Positions 36,677 through 50,770 of a DNA stretch of 64,000 nt are shown piece after piece. Below the pieces are notes generated by a model. That model was given only the letters and a program-made list of their open reading frames with translations, made no database searches and was not told where the DNA came from. A program made the translations under genes and the position numbers. This DNA comes from Iphione sp. A-MEVVRFRX5 (taxonomy: Eukaryota). Within the stretch, counting starts at the first letter, position 1, and each line of letters begins with the position of its first letter. Location: positions 37,076,001 to 37,140,000 of the forward strand of contig OZ320320.1 of NCBI GenBank assembly GCA_976226885.1. The letters run 5' to 3'.

Positions 36677-39600
36677 CTGCAAGCAGAAGAAGATAGGCAT
36701 GGCCGTGACAAGACATTGTTCCGCAGCAACAAAAATAGATAAGCAATATTTAATCTTGGCGGCGGTATGACTTATTCTTTCTCAAGGAAAACACTTTATT
36801 TCTTAAGGAACAGCATTCCCATGATCACGATTGGCAGAACAGTGGTGGAACAGTTTATGAGACTGGAATGTATCTAGGTGGTGTTTAATGACAAACATTC
36901 ATATAAAAACAACAAATGAACTGTGACGCGAAGATTGACGATATTCTCTCTGCTAAGAAAGGTGTCATTAAAAGAAAAATATATCCAGGCAGCTGCTTGT
37001 GGGTACAAATGGCATGAAATGATCTTTTAATCCTGCGCTTGCATTAAGGAAGAGAGAAAAAGTGGTCATTAGTGAGGCTGTTGGGAGAAGGTGGTGGCGG
37101 AAGGGGACTGTAAGGGTGGCGGGGAGGGTAGGTTGGTAGGGGATTCCTGAGGTCGGCTGCAGGAAGAGAAGGAAGACGGAGAAGCATTAATTCCAGGCTG
37201 CCATGGAAACCGCAGTAAAACAGATGCATTATTCAAGACAAACAACAGCATCCAGTGACATGAAGACTTGGGAGGGGGGTGCTTCCTGGTGCTGGTGGAA
37301 CGATCCTCTTGTCTGAAAGGTATTCATCCAGAAGCATGTCTCAATATTGCTACTCCAGCACGTGTGTTTGCGGATAAAACAGATACTCCCCCTCCCCCAA
37401 CCCTTCATTGCAGCCTACTCTTGCGCCAACTGGAGTCGTCCTCATGTAATTGAAGAAGGCTCACCATGCAATTAAAGAGAGATCGCCAAGGGAAGGTTTT
37501 AGTCATAATGCTTTTGTGGTTCATTAGTGGCGTAGTGTTTTGAGGATGTAGGGAATATCATGTCTGGTGCAACCTTCTCCGTTTTTTTTGTGTGCAGAAA
37601 CATTCTACAAATACTTAAGGTATGTAACAATCAACCACATGCGCTCTTCCTATTCGCGTCTATCCTATATTGTGAGTCACCAGGTACTTCCTCTTGTCAT
37701 CCTAATCATGATTTATTCGGCTAAAGTGTTTTGGTAGATCATTCCAAACCCATCTTAGACGTCAGTTAGATCCCTCATGATGAGAAAACGAGCCCATTCT
37801 TTGTTTTTCCAATGTTTCCCTTCAGTCAAAGTGAAAATGTGACCCTCAGCGCCATGACGGTAAATTGCATTTCGGCGATAGTATTTCCATCATTTGAATA
37901 GGGTCGAAGACCCCGAACTGGAGGTTGATTATATCTTGTTTCGAAAGGAAATGGCTTTACCACTGACGGTTTGTATAGCTAGTTAACCAGTGTTAAGTTT
38001 GAACGCTCCGTGGACGGACGCAATGTATCAATAGTGGCTACATAAACACTCTTATTATTCGATTTGGCTCGAGCGATGGCTTTGTTGACATAAAACCGTC
38101 AGCATCTCAAACAAACCAGGGTCTGAATCAATATGCTGTTTGCGGTTGTTCTTTTACCTCCAAGCAAATGCCAAATAGCGGTTCTTTGAAGCTGTCACTC
38201 GGAGAAATCAACGTTTCCCTTTGTTTTCCTGGAGAGAAATGTCTTAGCTCTCTGTGAATTAGGAAATCCTACCATAGAAAAGGTGTTTGTAGGATGAAAC
38301 TATGTTTGTCTTGCCGATCTCCGCAACGCCATTGATACGTTCAGATATGATCACCTACCGCCCACGTCTATTCCATAACGAAGTGGTGTCAACCGTGCAG
38401 TTGGACTTTTTTGCGTGCCAAGGCACCGGGTAGCTCAACACGGAGCGGGTAGAAAATAGTACTTGCCACAACACAAACAAAACTAATTGGTTCTTTTCCA
38501 ATCTAATCAAGACCTTTTTATTTCCTACAGGTCCCCTCCACGCCTTTGTTACAAATAAGATTTATTGATCAACAGAAAACATCTTTCCTTTTAGTATCAC
38601 AATGCGCCTGATGGATGTCTGCCAGTCTTTCTGTCAAGACTTTAAATTTATTCAGAGGAAACTGATGGGTTGCTCACATATAAGAATAATAATTCGGAAT
38701 GCGGCTGATTGGATCAGTATCATCGTCTACTAGCCACACCCAAACACATTGTGTATTAAACAAGGATTGCCATTTTCTCTAGGCAACTAAAGCAGGGACA
38801 CGGCCATATAAAGCTGATATCACCAGCATGACGCAGTATAAGATGTAATTTGGCATATGACAGTGGGGACACGATGAAACGCGATCTACATCGCTGCGAA
38901 CGGCGCCCTCTATCAAGATAATTGGAAACGCTCGACCGTTGGTTGTTTTGGGCCGAATGACCTGTCAGTGACCTATGTGAGACTAACACCGATGAGTGAT
39001 AACAACGTCCTTTCCTCTCTACATCTAAAATGGGCCCACACATGATAAAATAGAAAGCAATCTTAAAGACCTTTCCTAACAGGGACTTGCCTCAAATAAG
39101 GACAGTTTAAGCAAAATGGGATTGTATTTTCTATGTAAACGTATTGTGGAATGCCTCTAACAGGGACAACCATGGTTCTGCAAAGAATGGGTTTCCCTGA
39201 CACAAGCTCCCTGCTGTATACAATCCTGAAAATACAGAAAGGTGGAAAACTAGTGTTTTTTATAATTATCAACATTGAGGTAATCATAAGTAATTCAGAA
39301 TCAGTTCAAGAAACACTGCGGCTAATGTAGTAAGAGATAACTATGGAATGTATATTGTTGAAGATTATACGTTATTCCTGTGTAATGTACTCACTGGAAT
39401 ACTAGATAAGCTACTTAAAGCAAAATATAAACCCTGCGGGTCCCAGGCACTGCAAAGATTAGACTTATTAGTATTTATGCCCCTGGGGGAAGATGAAGAC
39501 ACCAACTTGCTTTGCTAGAGTTTTACACCTTCTGGAGACAGTTACTTACATCAAAGAGCTGCCGTGGTGCCCCCAGTCTGATTACCTACGCCCCAGGCCA

Positions 39601-41129
39601 CCTCGAGATTGAACAATTTAACATCAAAGACGGTCGTAGGGGGATCGTCTTGGTGGCTGGCGGCATACAGACAGATCTCTTTTCTGTTGTGTCCGCACAG
39701 ACCAATGTTTAATCCCCGAAAGGAGAAAATGGATGAAATACAACGGTCGTCTGAATGAGACAATGAACGCTTCTAATTGAACTAGGGGAGCGATGTTGAC
39801 GAGAGGAGGGGATTGCGGTGTTGCATGGAGGCCGGTGACCATTTACCGACAGAAAAGCGCGGGAGAGTTTGTGACAGTCAGGGTTTACTTCTTACTGAGA
39901 CTGATATCCGTTAAAAGAAAAACTACGCAGAAGTCAATTAAGTGGGTGAGGAGTGGACTACGTATCTGGAAGCGATTGTCGGTAAATGTGCCTGTCACAA
40001 TGCGATATTTCCATGTACTACTCAAAATTGCCAAGCCGGCCGTCTGTAACCACTACCAGGTAATAATATGGTGGGGCTGCGGGTTTGGGTGGGTGGAGCA
40101 AGTCGTGCTGTCCAGACGTTAAAGAACAATTGACTTTTGGGAGCAGCCAGCATGACGTGGATGGGGGAGGCTGGGGGCCGACCCGCGATTAACTGCCCGA
40201 TCCTGTTCGATTAAGGCGCCAAGCGGAAACGGTAAAGAGGAAGGAAGGGGTGCGCCAAGAGGGTGGGAGGCCACAAGGAAGACTCTAGAGCAATAAAGAT
40301 GTCGCGGCGCCTGGATGTTCTCACAAAGAACACTTTCCTCTCAGTTGATAGCTTCGGTTATATTGTAGATTCACAGTGGCACGGGTGCTAGACTAGGTAT
40401 CTAGATTCCGTTATTAAATATACAACACGTATAGTAAGGTTCATGTAAGATTTGACATCACGTGCTTCCATGGACATGTCACCAAACACACATAGATATG
40501 CACAGACCCTGGCATATAAAACGATGCTGTAACCTGCAATCAAGCAAACATCAACACACGTTCATGGTACCAATGACACACGCCGGTGAGCACTGCTTTC
40601 GTGCCCTCTGCCACAGGCACCTACACATACGAACAGACGCGCTGTACTTATACTGATGCACACAAACACCAGGCCGCTTTCGTCGAGTCTCTCTGGTCTG
40701 TCCGCATGGTTGATCTGTGGGGCGAATTACGAGCGAGGTAGAAGTCTCTCTGAACTACGCCCGGGCGGTCTGTCGATTTTATGCCGGCTTTATCGTCGCC
40801 TTGCCGAAGATGTGAAGACATTTCCCTGCGTTGATAGGCACGGGAGCCTCGGTCCTCCTAAGTCTACCCATGACCTCACGCACATACACACATATTCACA
40901 CACACAAACATACAATTCCTTCTCCCGTCGGCTCGCGGTTGTCATTGGTTGTCTTAGATAAAAAGGAAGAGGGCATCGCAGATATGTGAGAGAGGTTTAT
41001 GGATTGTAAGAATTCAGCGAGGGAGGCGTTCGTGGTGGGATTCAGCCCACTGGAATGAGGCAGAGACTTGACATAATGGGACATTACAGGGGATGGGCGC
41101 TACGTACTGATGAGGGGGTGATATACGCC

Positions 41130-41560
41130 GGCGCTGGCTGAGTCGATATGATAAGACATACTGCGATGGAGGGGAAAGCAAGAAGGACGTCACAGGATGA
41201 GCAAGAACAATGGGAGACGGAGAGAGAGTATGTGTCCAGAAGAGGAAGCGAAAATAAAGAGGGGAAGAAGGCCAGAATGTCGATGGAAGGCAGATGTACA
41301 AAGTGATAAAGCACAGTAGAAAAGGAGAGAAGGAAAAACGATAAAACGTGAGCGTGGGACAAATGAAGAGCGAACGGGGATGAGGAAAATATATATATAG
41401 AGAGAGTGGCCGAACAGGAGCAACTGATAACTGAGCTGCGACGGACCGAGACAAGACCGAGAGTAGCTGACCTGAAGGCTGTAGGGCCAAGAGGTGCTGG
41501 TAGACGAGGGTGGGTGGGCGATTTAAGAAAGGGATACGGATGAAGGTAGGAAAGAGCACT
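41130..41560. repeat. GA-rich low-complexity tract
   Basis: Purine-biased + strand; yields spurious L/S/F-rich ORFs on -. Confidence 0.7.
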
Positions 41561-42681
41561 TGTCAATAGGTCACGCCTTCGCCCACGTTAAGTAGCAGTT
41601 ATTGGACACTTTAATCCTGGCCAGCCTCAGGCTTGACGGCCTTGCTCCGGTCGTCAACCGTAACCTATACGGCCAGGTCGGTCGATGAGGCGGCCGAGCC
41701 TGCAGCCAGCCAATCCCTGGCATTGGGGGCGAGCGGGGGTGCTGCCTCGGGCGGAACGAGGGACACGCTCACTGAAGCGGTAGGCAATGGCTGGGCGGAG
41801 CAGGACAGAGTGTTACAGATTTAGCATCGCCAACGATTTTCCCCGGTTCAGGGTACTTTGAAGAACAGGAATTGGTTTCGATCGCTTGCTGGCCCCTTTC
41901 GCATCAGTTTCTACTTTGCGAAAGTTTGGATGGCTACATGTACTTTGAAGTTGGTAGCTGTAGACCGGTCCGTATGATATTACATCTGATGATAGAATAA
42001 AGGAGTAACCGTTGAAGAATTGAAGGAGGAGGAGGAGTTAGGAATTGATTTCAGACGTACTAGGTGGATCTGTGTTAGAACACAGAAAGCAGCTGTGTTC
42101 AAGATGCATAAATATATCTTTACTCATATATAATATATTTCATGTGAGAATGAAAAGGTTCCCATCTTTGAAGTAGTTTCAGTGTACGATTAAATTTTAT
42201 GCTCGCAAAGTCATGGATATGTACGAGAAAAACCGAAAATTCAGGTACTCTTACTTAAGTGTCACATAGAAGTCAAATTTTGGATAGAACAAAAAACAAA
42301 GATTTTAGCACACGTACAGGCGAGTTCAGGAGAATGTCACTGAGTAACTACGCTGTGAAATACGTTTCCCAGACCTTAGGACGTCATCTGTCCCGTTTTG
42401 AGAGGTATTTGTATCGTACGCTTGCGTTCGAGTTGGTTTGGTGATTATTTTGTAAATGGCATTGTAAAGCTTCTGGGAACTCTATTTCATTCAAATTTCC
42501 TTGGGAATGCCTCGCCATATTACTCTATCCAGAAATCACTTCAGGTTCAATAGGCACAATGATTGTCGTTTCAACCTTGTCAATGAACCTCAAACAGTTA
42601 TATAATTCCTCAATTTCCCGTCGTATTTCCATTTGGAAAAGGGCATGTTTGACGTGGACTTAAAAGAAGTTCCCCACCCGG

Positions 42682-43057
42682 TGAACTTACATGCCATCGG
42701 GTGCTTCTCTGCTATGAGGAGTCGCTATACAATCAATGCCTCAGGAGCAAGTAGGCTGCGCTCTGACTCCACCTAGAAGGCCATGCTTCAGAGGCGGGAG
42801 GAGATCAAGGGTTCGTGACTGTGTTATCGTGATCTATTAAGGTTGCAAGGAGAAGCTGAAGGAGTTGGGATTGGGCTCATCAGAGACTCTGTGGGGCTGC
42901 CGGCGTGGCAGCTGTCGAGGATCGCAGGTTCACCGCCCACACCCTAACCGTAACAGAACGTCAAACTTTGCAGGGCTTCGGACTGTATGATATTGCATGA
43001 TGGTTGAACAACGCCGCGAACCTCTCCTGCAGGGCAAGTCAATATGAACTTACATGC
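42682..43057 (+). mobile_element. 5'-truncated RTE-like retroelement insertion (350 bp) with 13 bp target-site duplication
   Basis: TGAACTTACATGC at 42682-42694 and 43045-43057; interior translates to SMPQEQV..ALTPP..RGGRRSR...KEKLKELGL and, after a frameshift, VAAVEDRRF, resembling RTE RT C-termini. Confidence 0.6.
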
Positions 43058-46000
43058 TTTAGAATATGTGGTAACATATAGCGCATCCAACGTGGCAAAC
43101 ATGCCCTCGTCTACTCCCGCTATGTCAAGTCTCTATGATTATGTACTTGTGTTTGCATATTTCTTTCTATTCACGGTACACAATAAAAACAATTGAGAGG
43201 ACTTATATTCACTCAGTGTATTAAGAATGTCCGCCAATCTTACTGCGCCTCTTCTTGGACTTTTGCCAATGCAATTATGCTGTAATGTGCTTAAGTTCTT
43301 CTCACTATACCTCTGGTTAAACATTCCACCATGCAATTATTCGCTAATGGCTGTAAGCTAGCCTCAGTGTGCCTCTCGTTAGACTCGTCCCGACGCCAAT
43401 CTCTATTGAGAGACATGAAGGAACAAAACAGTTAAGACCACCTAAGTCTGGCACACACAGAGGGAAGAGGCCTGAGTGATCGTCCAGCCAGAGGAACTGA
43501 CCAAGGCCAGATCATCACGAAAGGCCAACATGGCTGCTGCCTGGGCGCGCGTGGCCGAGCCATTTGAAGGCGGCTTGATTGATTCGAATCGATTCTGAGT
43601 CATGTGGCTGGCGTCCGAGCAAGAATGGCGATGGGTCCGAGCGCGGATATGTGTACGTGCGTGCTTGTATGTGTGCGCTCACTATTTTGGAGGCTGTGTC
43701 ATTTCCCGCAGAATGTGTGTGTGTGTGTGAGAGAGAGTGAGAGTTCCTCGATAAGTTGCGTGCATGCGTGTTTACTTGAGTAGTGTACTCATGCGAAGCC
43801 AATATCCTACACATACGGTGTGGGGAGAGGAAGAGGTTGAGAGAATGAAAGAGAGGGAGCAGTAGAAAAGATGGCGTTTGGGTGAAGGGGGGGGGGCTTT
43901 GAGCTTTCAGAAAATTGGCCAAATTAACAGGATCAACGACAAAACCTTTAAGACTGGAGTCAGCCGTGTACGTGCTCCAGGACCGCGCCGACCGTGCGGC
44001 CGGGGCAACAACCTCTATTGTTGCTACTACACACGCCCACCCCAGATACTGCTAATCTAATCGGAGCGGCTCACGCGCCAATCCCGTCAGTATTTGGAGT
44101 AGCTTCTCTGTGCTGCAGCCTGGGGGAGGGCACGCAAGCGGTGCAGCTGCCCTCGGCTCGGCGGATCACCCAACGTCTCCGACAGACTGTTGACCTGCGT
44201 AAAGACGTCTGCATGAACATTTTAATCCGTATAACATGGTTAGAAATCCGTCCATGGCTCTTCTGGCCTCTGCGTGTTTCCAGATACATGTATATGGAAT
44301 ATTAATCTAGATATATGGAATTTTAAGACTTAATCTTAAATCTCGTTTACATATATCAGTGTCGGTTGTTTTTCCTGAGGACACGGTGTAGCCTGTTGTG
44401 TAGTAATGACAATGTACGTCTGACGATGTCAGTGTAAAGCTTTCCGCGGCGAACGGCAGTCAAGCGAGAGAGAAAAAGAGTCGAGAGCTATTATCCTGCA
44501 CACCCACACAGATAGAGTGTAAGCGCGCTAAGGCATGCGTTGAAGATAAAGACAGCTCCGTCTCATTCATAGCAATCGTTTCATTTTACAGGAAGATTCG
44601 GAGGTAATGCTGTTAGAATTCAACTAGCCGACTCCGAAGTAAGTAAATCTTTTAAGAGGATTGCTCCCATCGAGGTAATCAGGAGCAATTGTTACGCATA
44701 TATGTAGTTCCATACGCCTTGAGACTCAATATCTTATCACAGATAACAAAGACATTATTATGCTATTCAGTATTCTGGATATACCCTACAACATAGTATG
44801 GAGATCATGACCTTATTATGTCCGTTAACAGGGGCTTTTGTCTTCTATTCTAAGCATGACCTTTAATATTAATACTGCAGCTGCCTGGTTTAGGGTTGCT
44901 CAATTTTTACAGGCGGAATTGCAATTTCCCCTCATCAACATAGTAAATAAATCCATCGTGACATTTAACTGTTTAATTAGGCAAAGAAAGCTGAATCATT
45001 GTGTGTACGGTGTCGGTATTATCTTGTCACCGGGCACTCAGGCAGGCGGCGGTATCTTTTATTCGGACTGTGTTTGTTCCTTTGTATGTCGAATCCTCCC
45101 CTCCTGTCGTACTGAATCTCAATCTGTTTCAATCGACCTGTTGAATATGGCTTGTTGTGTCTGTGCATACGATGTGAGCCTAGCGCCACTGCTTGCCCCA
45201 TTGCCTATTCCCATTGCCAGCCCCATTGGCTGGTCTTGTGTCATGGAAGAAGGAACGGTTTGGTGCTACGTACACGACTTGTGCATTAGTGTTCGTTGGT
45301 TTAATAGCGCCTGTCAAACCCTATATGTCATCCCAAGCGTAACCTCTCCCATTGTCGTAATGTCCATTGGGAATTGCCATTCCGTTTCAATGAGTACTGC
45401 TCCTAAAGATTGTGCTAAAGCGCTGACGCCAGGGATAATTTCGCTAATGACGGGTAAAAATATAAATGACGAGCTATCCTGGCAAACAGATAGCGGGATG
45501 GATACCTAGGTAATACTTGGGTAGAGATAATCGTGCTTGAAGGATATGTTCATAAAAATGGCCATGCATGGGAAGTTCGAAGATGATACCCCAGTGACAA
45601 GGATGTAATATGTACTGATCTCTTGATGGCGTATCCTGGAGAAAGAACCATTGGGAGAGAGGGAGAAAGGAATAAAATACCGTAGAGAAGCACAGAACAC
45701 AACACTTTGGCGAGTCTTCCATTCATATTTCTTTACAATTCAACACCATTTGCTGGGGGTTGAATGACAAGGGGCGACTGTTGTAACGTCTTCCCTCCAT
45801 GTAGTCTGCCTAAAGAGTGGGCAGGAGGACATGCCTCATATGGAGGACACACAATCGATCGGCCAATTACAGGGCCCATCGTAGCGGGATCATTCCTGCA
45901 ACCATATGATGGGATACTCTTGGCAAATAGGACACAGCTGGTGGGGCGTAGGGTGGCTGTGGGCGTCGTCGGGGGAGAGAGAGGGTACGAAGAGGAGGAG

Positions 46001-48373
46001 GATGTTAGGCGATACAGACAGAGGGCTATCACGGTTTTTATGAGCGCGCACACATCATATCCTCATTGATTTTTCGAAGCTTGATACATGTATATAATTA
46101 TATACATATAAATATATGAATATATATAACGAAGGAGAGAGAGAGAGAAACAGTCCGTCTGTATGATCCTATTCCGTCTGCGTGCAGAGTTTGGTCCGCC
46201 TCCATATCTCCCTGTCTATGTCTTCATCACACAGTTACATGCCAACAGCAAAAACGAGACAGGGTCAGACATATTCCACGCAGGGAACTCAATCAGAGAA
46301 TCGAAAGCACGTGTTTTTATTCCCACCGCTGTCAGGAAACATCGCATTCTTTATAAGTCGGCTCAACTCTAAAATAAGAGAAATTTCAAACTGACATCAA
46401 AGTTTGCACTTCGTATTAATAATGATTATCTGCGAAATCAGTTGTCTTCCCTCCTGCGTGCTTCCATTTATCAAATCACACACCATTCTTCATTTAGCTT
46501 AGCATTAATATCAAATATATATACATCATGGGAAGTTCGCAGTCTAATTACTTTTCGTTGTCCATGTTGGAACACTCGTACCACGAATCAAGTGGCCATC
46601 AAAACTGGAACGCACTTCCTGTGCAGGGGAAAGTACACCATTATGTAACCTTACACGACAATATATCTGTCGAGCTGCGGACCGGTCGACCCCATAGAAT
46701 ATCATAGTGGGAATTACGACGGGAGAATGGCGCCCGGATATGACGGTATCGTTCAATTGAAGGGTCCCTCCTTGTACCTCCATATCAATGTAAATGTGGT
46801 AGCACGGAGAGTGTGCGACGGACAATAAACCCTACCGTTGCTCGCTTGGATTGCTACAACAGTTGCTTTATAGGACCGGCATACCGTACCGAGGTTCAGA
46901 GCGCGCCTGCATCTTCAATGGAAGCATGCAACTATTCAAAGCAATAAAGTGGCGTTATTTAGTGTGTGTTTCTGCTCCCTTCTGCCCGCCTTTTTAAAAA
47001 GAAATTTCACATCTGCACGTTTATGCCATGATCGGATGACTGAAAACTTTATCAAACATTATTGAGCGAGGTTAATTGAACTGCATATTTATGAAGAGGA
47101 CGAGGATTTCGGTGCGTTTGGTAAAATCTGGATTAATCTGGAGAGGTTCTTTGCACAACGAGCAGGAGCGAGCTTCTTATCTCAATGCAATCACGAATTG
47201 TTCTTTGTGTCCGTAGGAAGTAGGGACACGATATGGAATACCTCAGCAAAACGGCTGAGGATCATCCTGGCCACTATGCTTTTTGCATAGTTCTGGTACA
47301 CGATCGAATCCGTTGAAATCCTTAATTTTGGTCAAAAGTCTTAAACAATGATCACAACCTTAGTCATAGATACATAGCAGCAAGGAGTAATTAGTTTGTA
47401 TCGATTAGGGTCCTTGGTGCATAAGGTCATACTACTTCCATGACTCGTATGTCCGCAAGTACCATGACTCATGATTGAGACTCTTGGTTCATACTGCTCA
47501 TGACTCGCGATGTAGAATGCACCGTGTTTCGCATTCTCAATGGTTATGACTCTCACTTCACATTTATCTCACAATGTATCAGTTTTGTCTTGGACAATTA
47601 CCTATCTAAAACGACAAAGACTTTACAGTCATGATAGCTACGTATCAAATGATACAATGATATATTTCGCGATTTTTTTCTAAGGGATATCTGAGTTAAA
47701 ATCTTACATTTAAGAACATGCAGTGGACGAATAGTGGAGTCCGTACAAGAGCAGTTCAATGTACGCTTTTGCTTATTTCAGCAACTGTGCTGCAAGAATC
47801 TGCATCTTTGGGTTGTTTTACTTGATGACGCAATATGTTACAGAACACTTTCACAGATATTTCTTGGCCGCAGCAATTCATCTCTGTGAAAATGGCAGTC
47901 AAGTGCCATGTATGACACAACGATTATGCCATATTGTCCCTCTGTTAACCGTCTTACGTTTCCTAGTGACTGCCCCCTCCCCTCACATTTAAAAGAACTC
48001 GGAAATGCGACTCTTAGGACTTGTTCTTGAAATAATTGTTCCAGTGAACAAATGTTCTTACAGAGGGGATGTGATGTAGAGTGACTAGATCTCTTCTTTC
48101 AGTGTTTAGGATTAGACCTTCGAACGACTGCTTGTTTGTGGCATAACATCAACATGCTGAAGAAATGGTCCGCGCATGACGACACATACTGAGGTCACCG
48201 GGGGTCACTGGTGGCTGCAGGGAGAACATGGGAGGTGAGGGTGTGCCTGGCAGCAAGGTGAATTCCTCTGACCTTCACAAGGTCAGGGTGTGTAACCTTG
48301 GGGGGTCGTGACTCGGTTATTGACATGCCATTACTTTAGGTGCCGGTGGTTGCCCAACGGCGGGCAGACTGTC

Positions 48374-48395
48374 GGGGGTAGGGGTGGGGGAAGGG
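48374..48395 (+). other. Canonical G-quadruplex motif
   Basis: GGGGG-TA-GGGG-T-GGGGG-AA-GGG. Confidence 0.6.
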
Positions 48396-50089
48396 CGCGT
48401 AGGCGTCGACGGCTGGGTGTGTGAAATGATGGCATCAAGGTTGGGCCACTGGTAGTTGGTGGGTACGACTGGGTTTAGTGTGCAATTGTCATGCAACTCG
48501 AATCACATCCTGCTGACAAGGATGGGAATATGCAAGAGGCAAGGACGTCTGGGGAGGAGAAGAAAGACCACAACGGTAATAACATTAGGGGTAAGGAGAC
48601 AAAGGAATATGTGTGATGGATTGATGGTAAATTATTGTATAAATGTAAGTGGCTGCGTAACGTAATTGGCAACTGGACAATGATTATGGGCAATGGTATC
48701 GTAGAACTTTATGTATTATACAGTGACTATAAGGACATAGAAGAGGTGTAGGTGAGGATGATGGAGGACACTGGTTATGGAATGCTTCCAAGCAGCAACC
48801 TGTCATTGGTAGATTCATACGTTCCAATCTTCCCTCTGGCTTCGTGTCGATGGGTTTGTGGGCTTTGGGCCCAACTGACGCACGATGTGAGCTGCTCGAT
48901 GTGCAACATATAGATGGGCTTGTAAAGCTGCTCCCTGCCGATAACAACGAGTTAGGAAAGGCCACCTGGACAAGGCTGCACCTCACTAGTGACGGATCAC
49001 GACGGAAAGGGGCAACTAGTATCTCAATGATATCGCCACAAACCAAGGTCATCGTTTTGGGGGGCAAGGTTAGCTTTGCAATACAATGGGGAAATATATG
49101 AGTGGGAACGAGCAGTTATGGAAGGGTTGGAATGATAGTGGATAGTTTAGAGAAACTAACTGCTCCATTGCATGACTAGACCGCATTTACTTCCGTTGCG
49201 GACGGTGGGTCTGTGGCCAGAACGTCCTTGGAAAACGCAGAAAAACGAACACAATTTTGCACACATCGCAAGCACCCGACCGCCTTCATACACGCAGAAC
49301 GTCGAGACGCTTACAAATTGCGTGGCCAGCCTCGCAAATTTCAATAAAAATTCCGATCTGTCCGCTGACAGTAGACAAATATACTCGGCTTGATACAAAA
49401 AAAGAAGTGACCTGAAGTGTAATGTAAAAAAACAGTCCGTACTTAATAATAAATGAACCAGGCAATTTTGGCGACTTAAAAATTGCGTGTAAAATAAAAC
49501 CTCTGCATGAGTGAAACCATAATTTTTCTTCCCGTTCAATACGGACTGATGGAAATAGAACGTGTGCTTCGCTCAGCAATAATCAAAACGCAGATTTAAA
49601 CTTTTTTTCCGGGATGGACGTAAGGAGCGCGATTTGAAAATCGAACAAGACAATTATTAATAAGGCTGTCGCAAAATCTAAAGCTTTGCCCATTTCAGCT
49701 TTCATGTGGCATCATGAGATTTAACTAAAAAGGGTTTGATGATAATGAATGGTGCCTGGAATCAATATCAATATGGGAATCAATATCCCCATCCGTCTGT
49801 CAGAACGATTTTTTCAACACTTTTCATCGTGCTAGTTTTCTCGTTTGCCCTCTCTATCACAGGGTCTGGCCGATTTTATGCGTCTCCGTTCAAATTAGGC
49901 TGTTCCATAAATTAATTGTCCAGGTCACTTTTAAAGAATTGTTATTCAAGTCAACTCTGAGTAGATCCCTAACTTTACAGAAGCTAATCAGTATGTTCTC
50001 TTCGGTCATGAACAAAATATTCACATTATCTACAAAATATACATGTACTTCTAGTGAGTATATTTTTTCTTATAAAATGTATTGTTCTT

Positions 50090-50541
50090 CTCTTCATCCC
50101 CTTCTCTTATTTTCTCTCTGTTCTTTCATAAGTGTAAATAAATAGCCTTGTCAAATAAATTATATGCCTCAGACCATCTTTAGTGGTCTTTTCCCCCCTG
50201 TGTGCCCTTTCTTTCCCGAACAGATATTCCCGTACTCATTCAATGCCCACATGGATCTTTTTCTCCACCATTCTTTGTCCCTCACACTTTCCCTGCCCTT
50301 CTATCCATCTCTATCCCCTTTCTGATCCTCATCCTTTTTCTACCTGTTCTCTGCCTGTCACTCCCTCTCTGCCCCTATTTTCCTCTCTTTTTTGCAGCCT
50401 TGCCCTTCATTCACCTCGCCCTTTCTGTCCAACCTCTAGCCCACTTTCTATCCTCTTTGTTGCTATCCCTGTCTTTGCCCCATCTCTGCCCCATCTATAC
50501 TTCTTTCTGTCCCTCACCGTCCCGTCACCACCTCTCTACCC

Positions 50542-50604
<63 letters not shown>

Positions 50605-50770
50605 CACCTCTATCCTTCTTTCCGTCCCATCTCTCCCTCAGCACTCGCTCTGTCTCTCTGCCCGTCACCTCTCCCTCTACCATGTCTGCCCTGCTTTCTG
50701 TCCTCTCCCTGCCCCGCCCTCTTTGCTCCTGTCTCTCATTAGGCTCTCTCATGCTTACCTCCCTCCTCAC
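50090..50770. repeat. CT-rich tract containing a perfect (CT)27 at 50547-50600
   Basis: Direct reading. Confidence 0.9.

Noticed and set aside
44838-45509. 223-codon ORF on +
   Set aside because: Starts with TTG, no recognisable domain, no splice context, antisense to the host gene; length is borderline for chance. A blastp/tblastx hit would reopen it.
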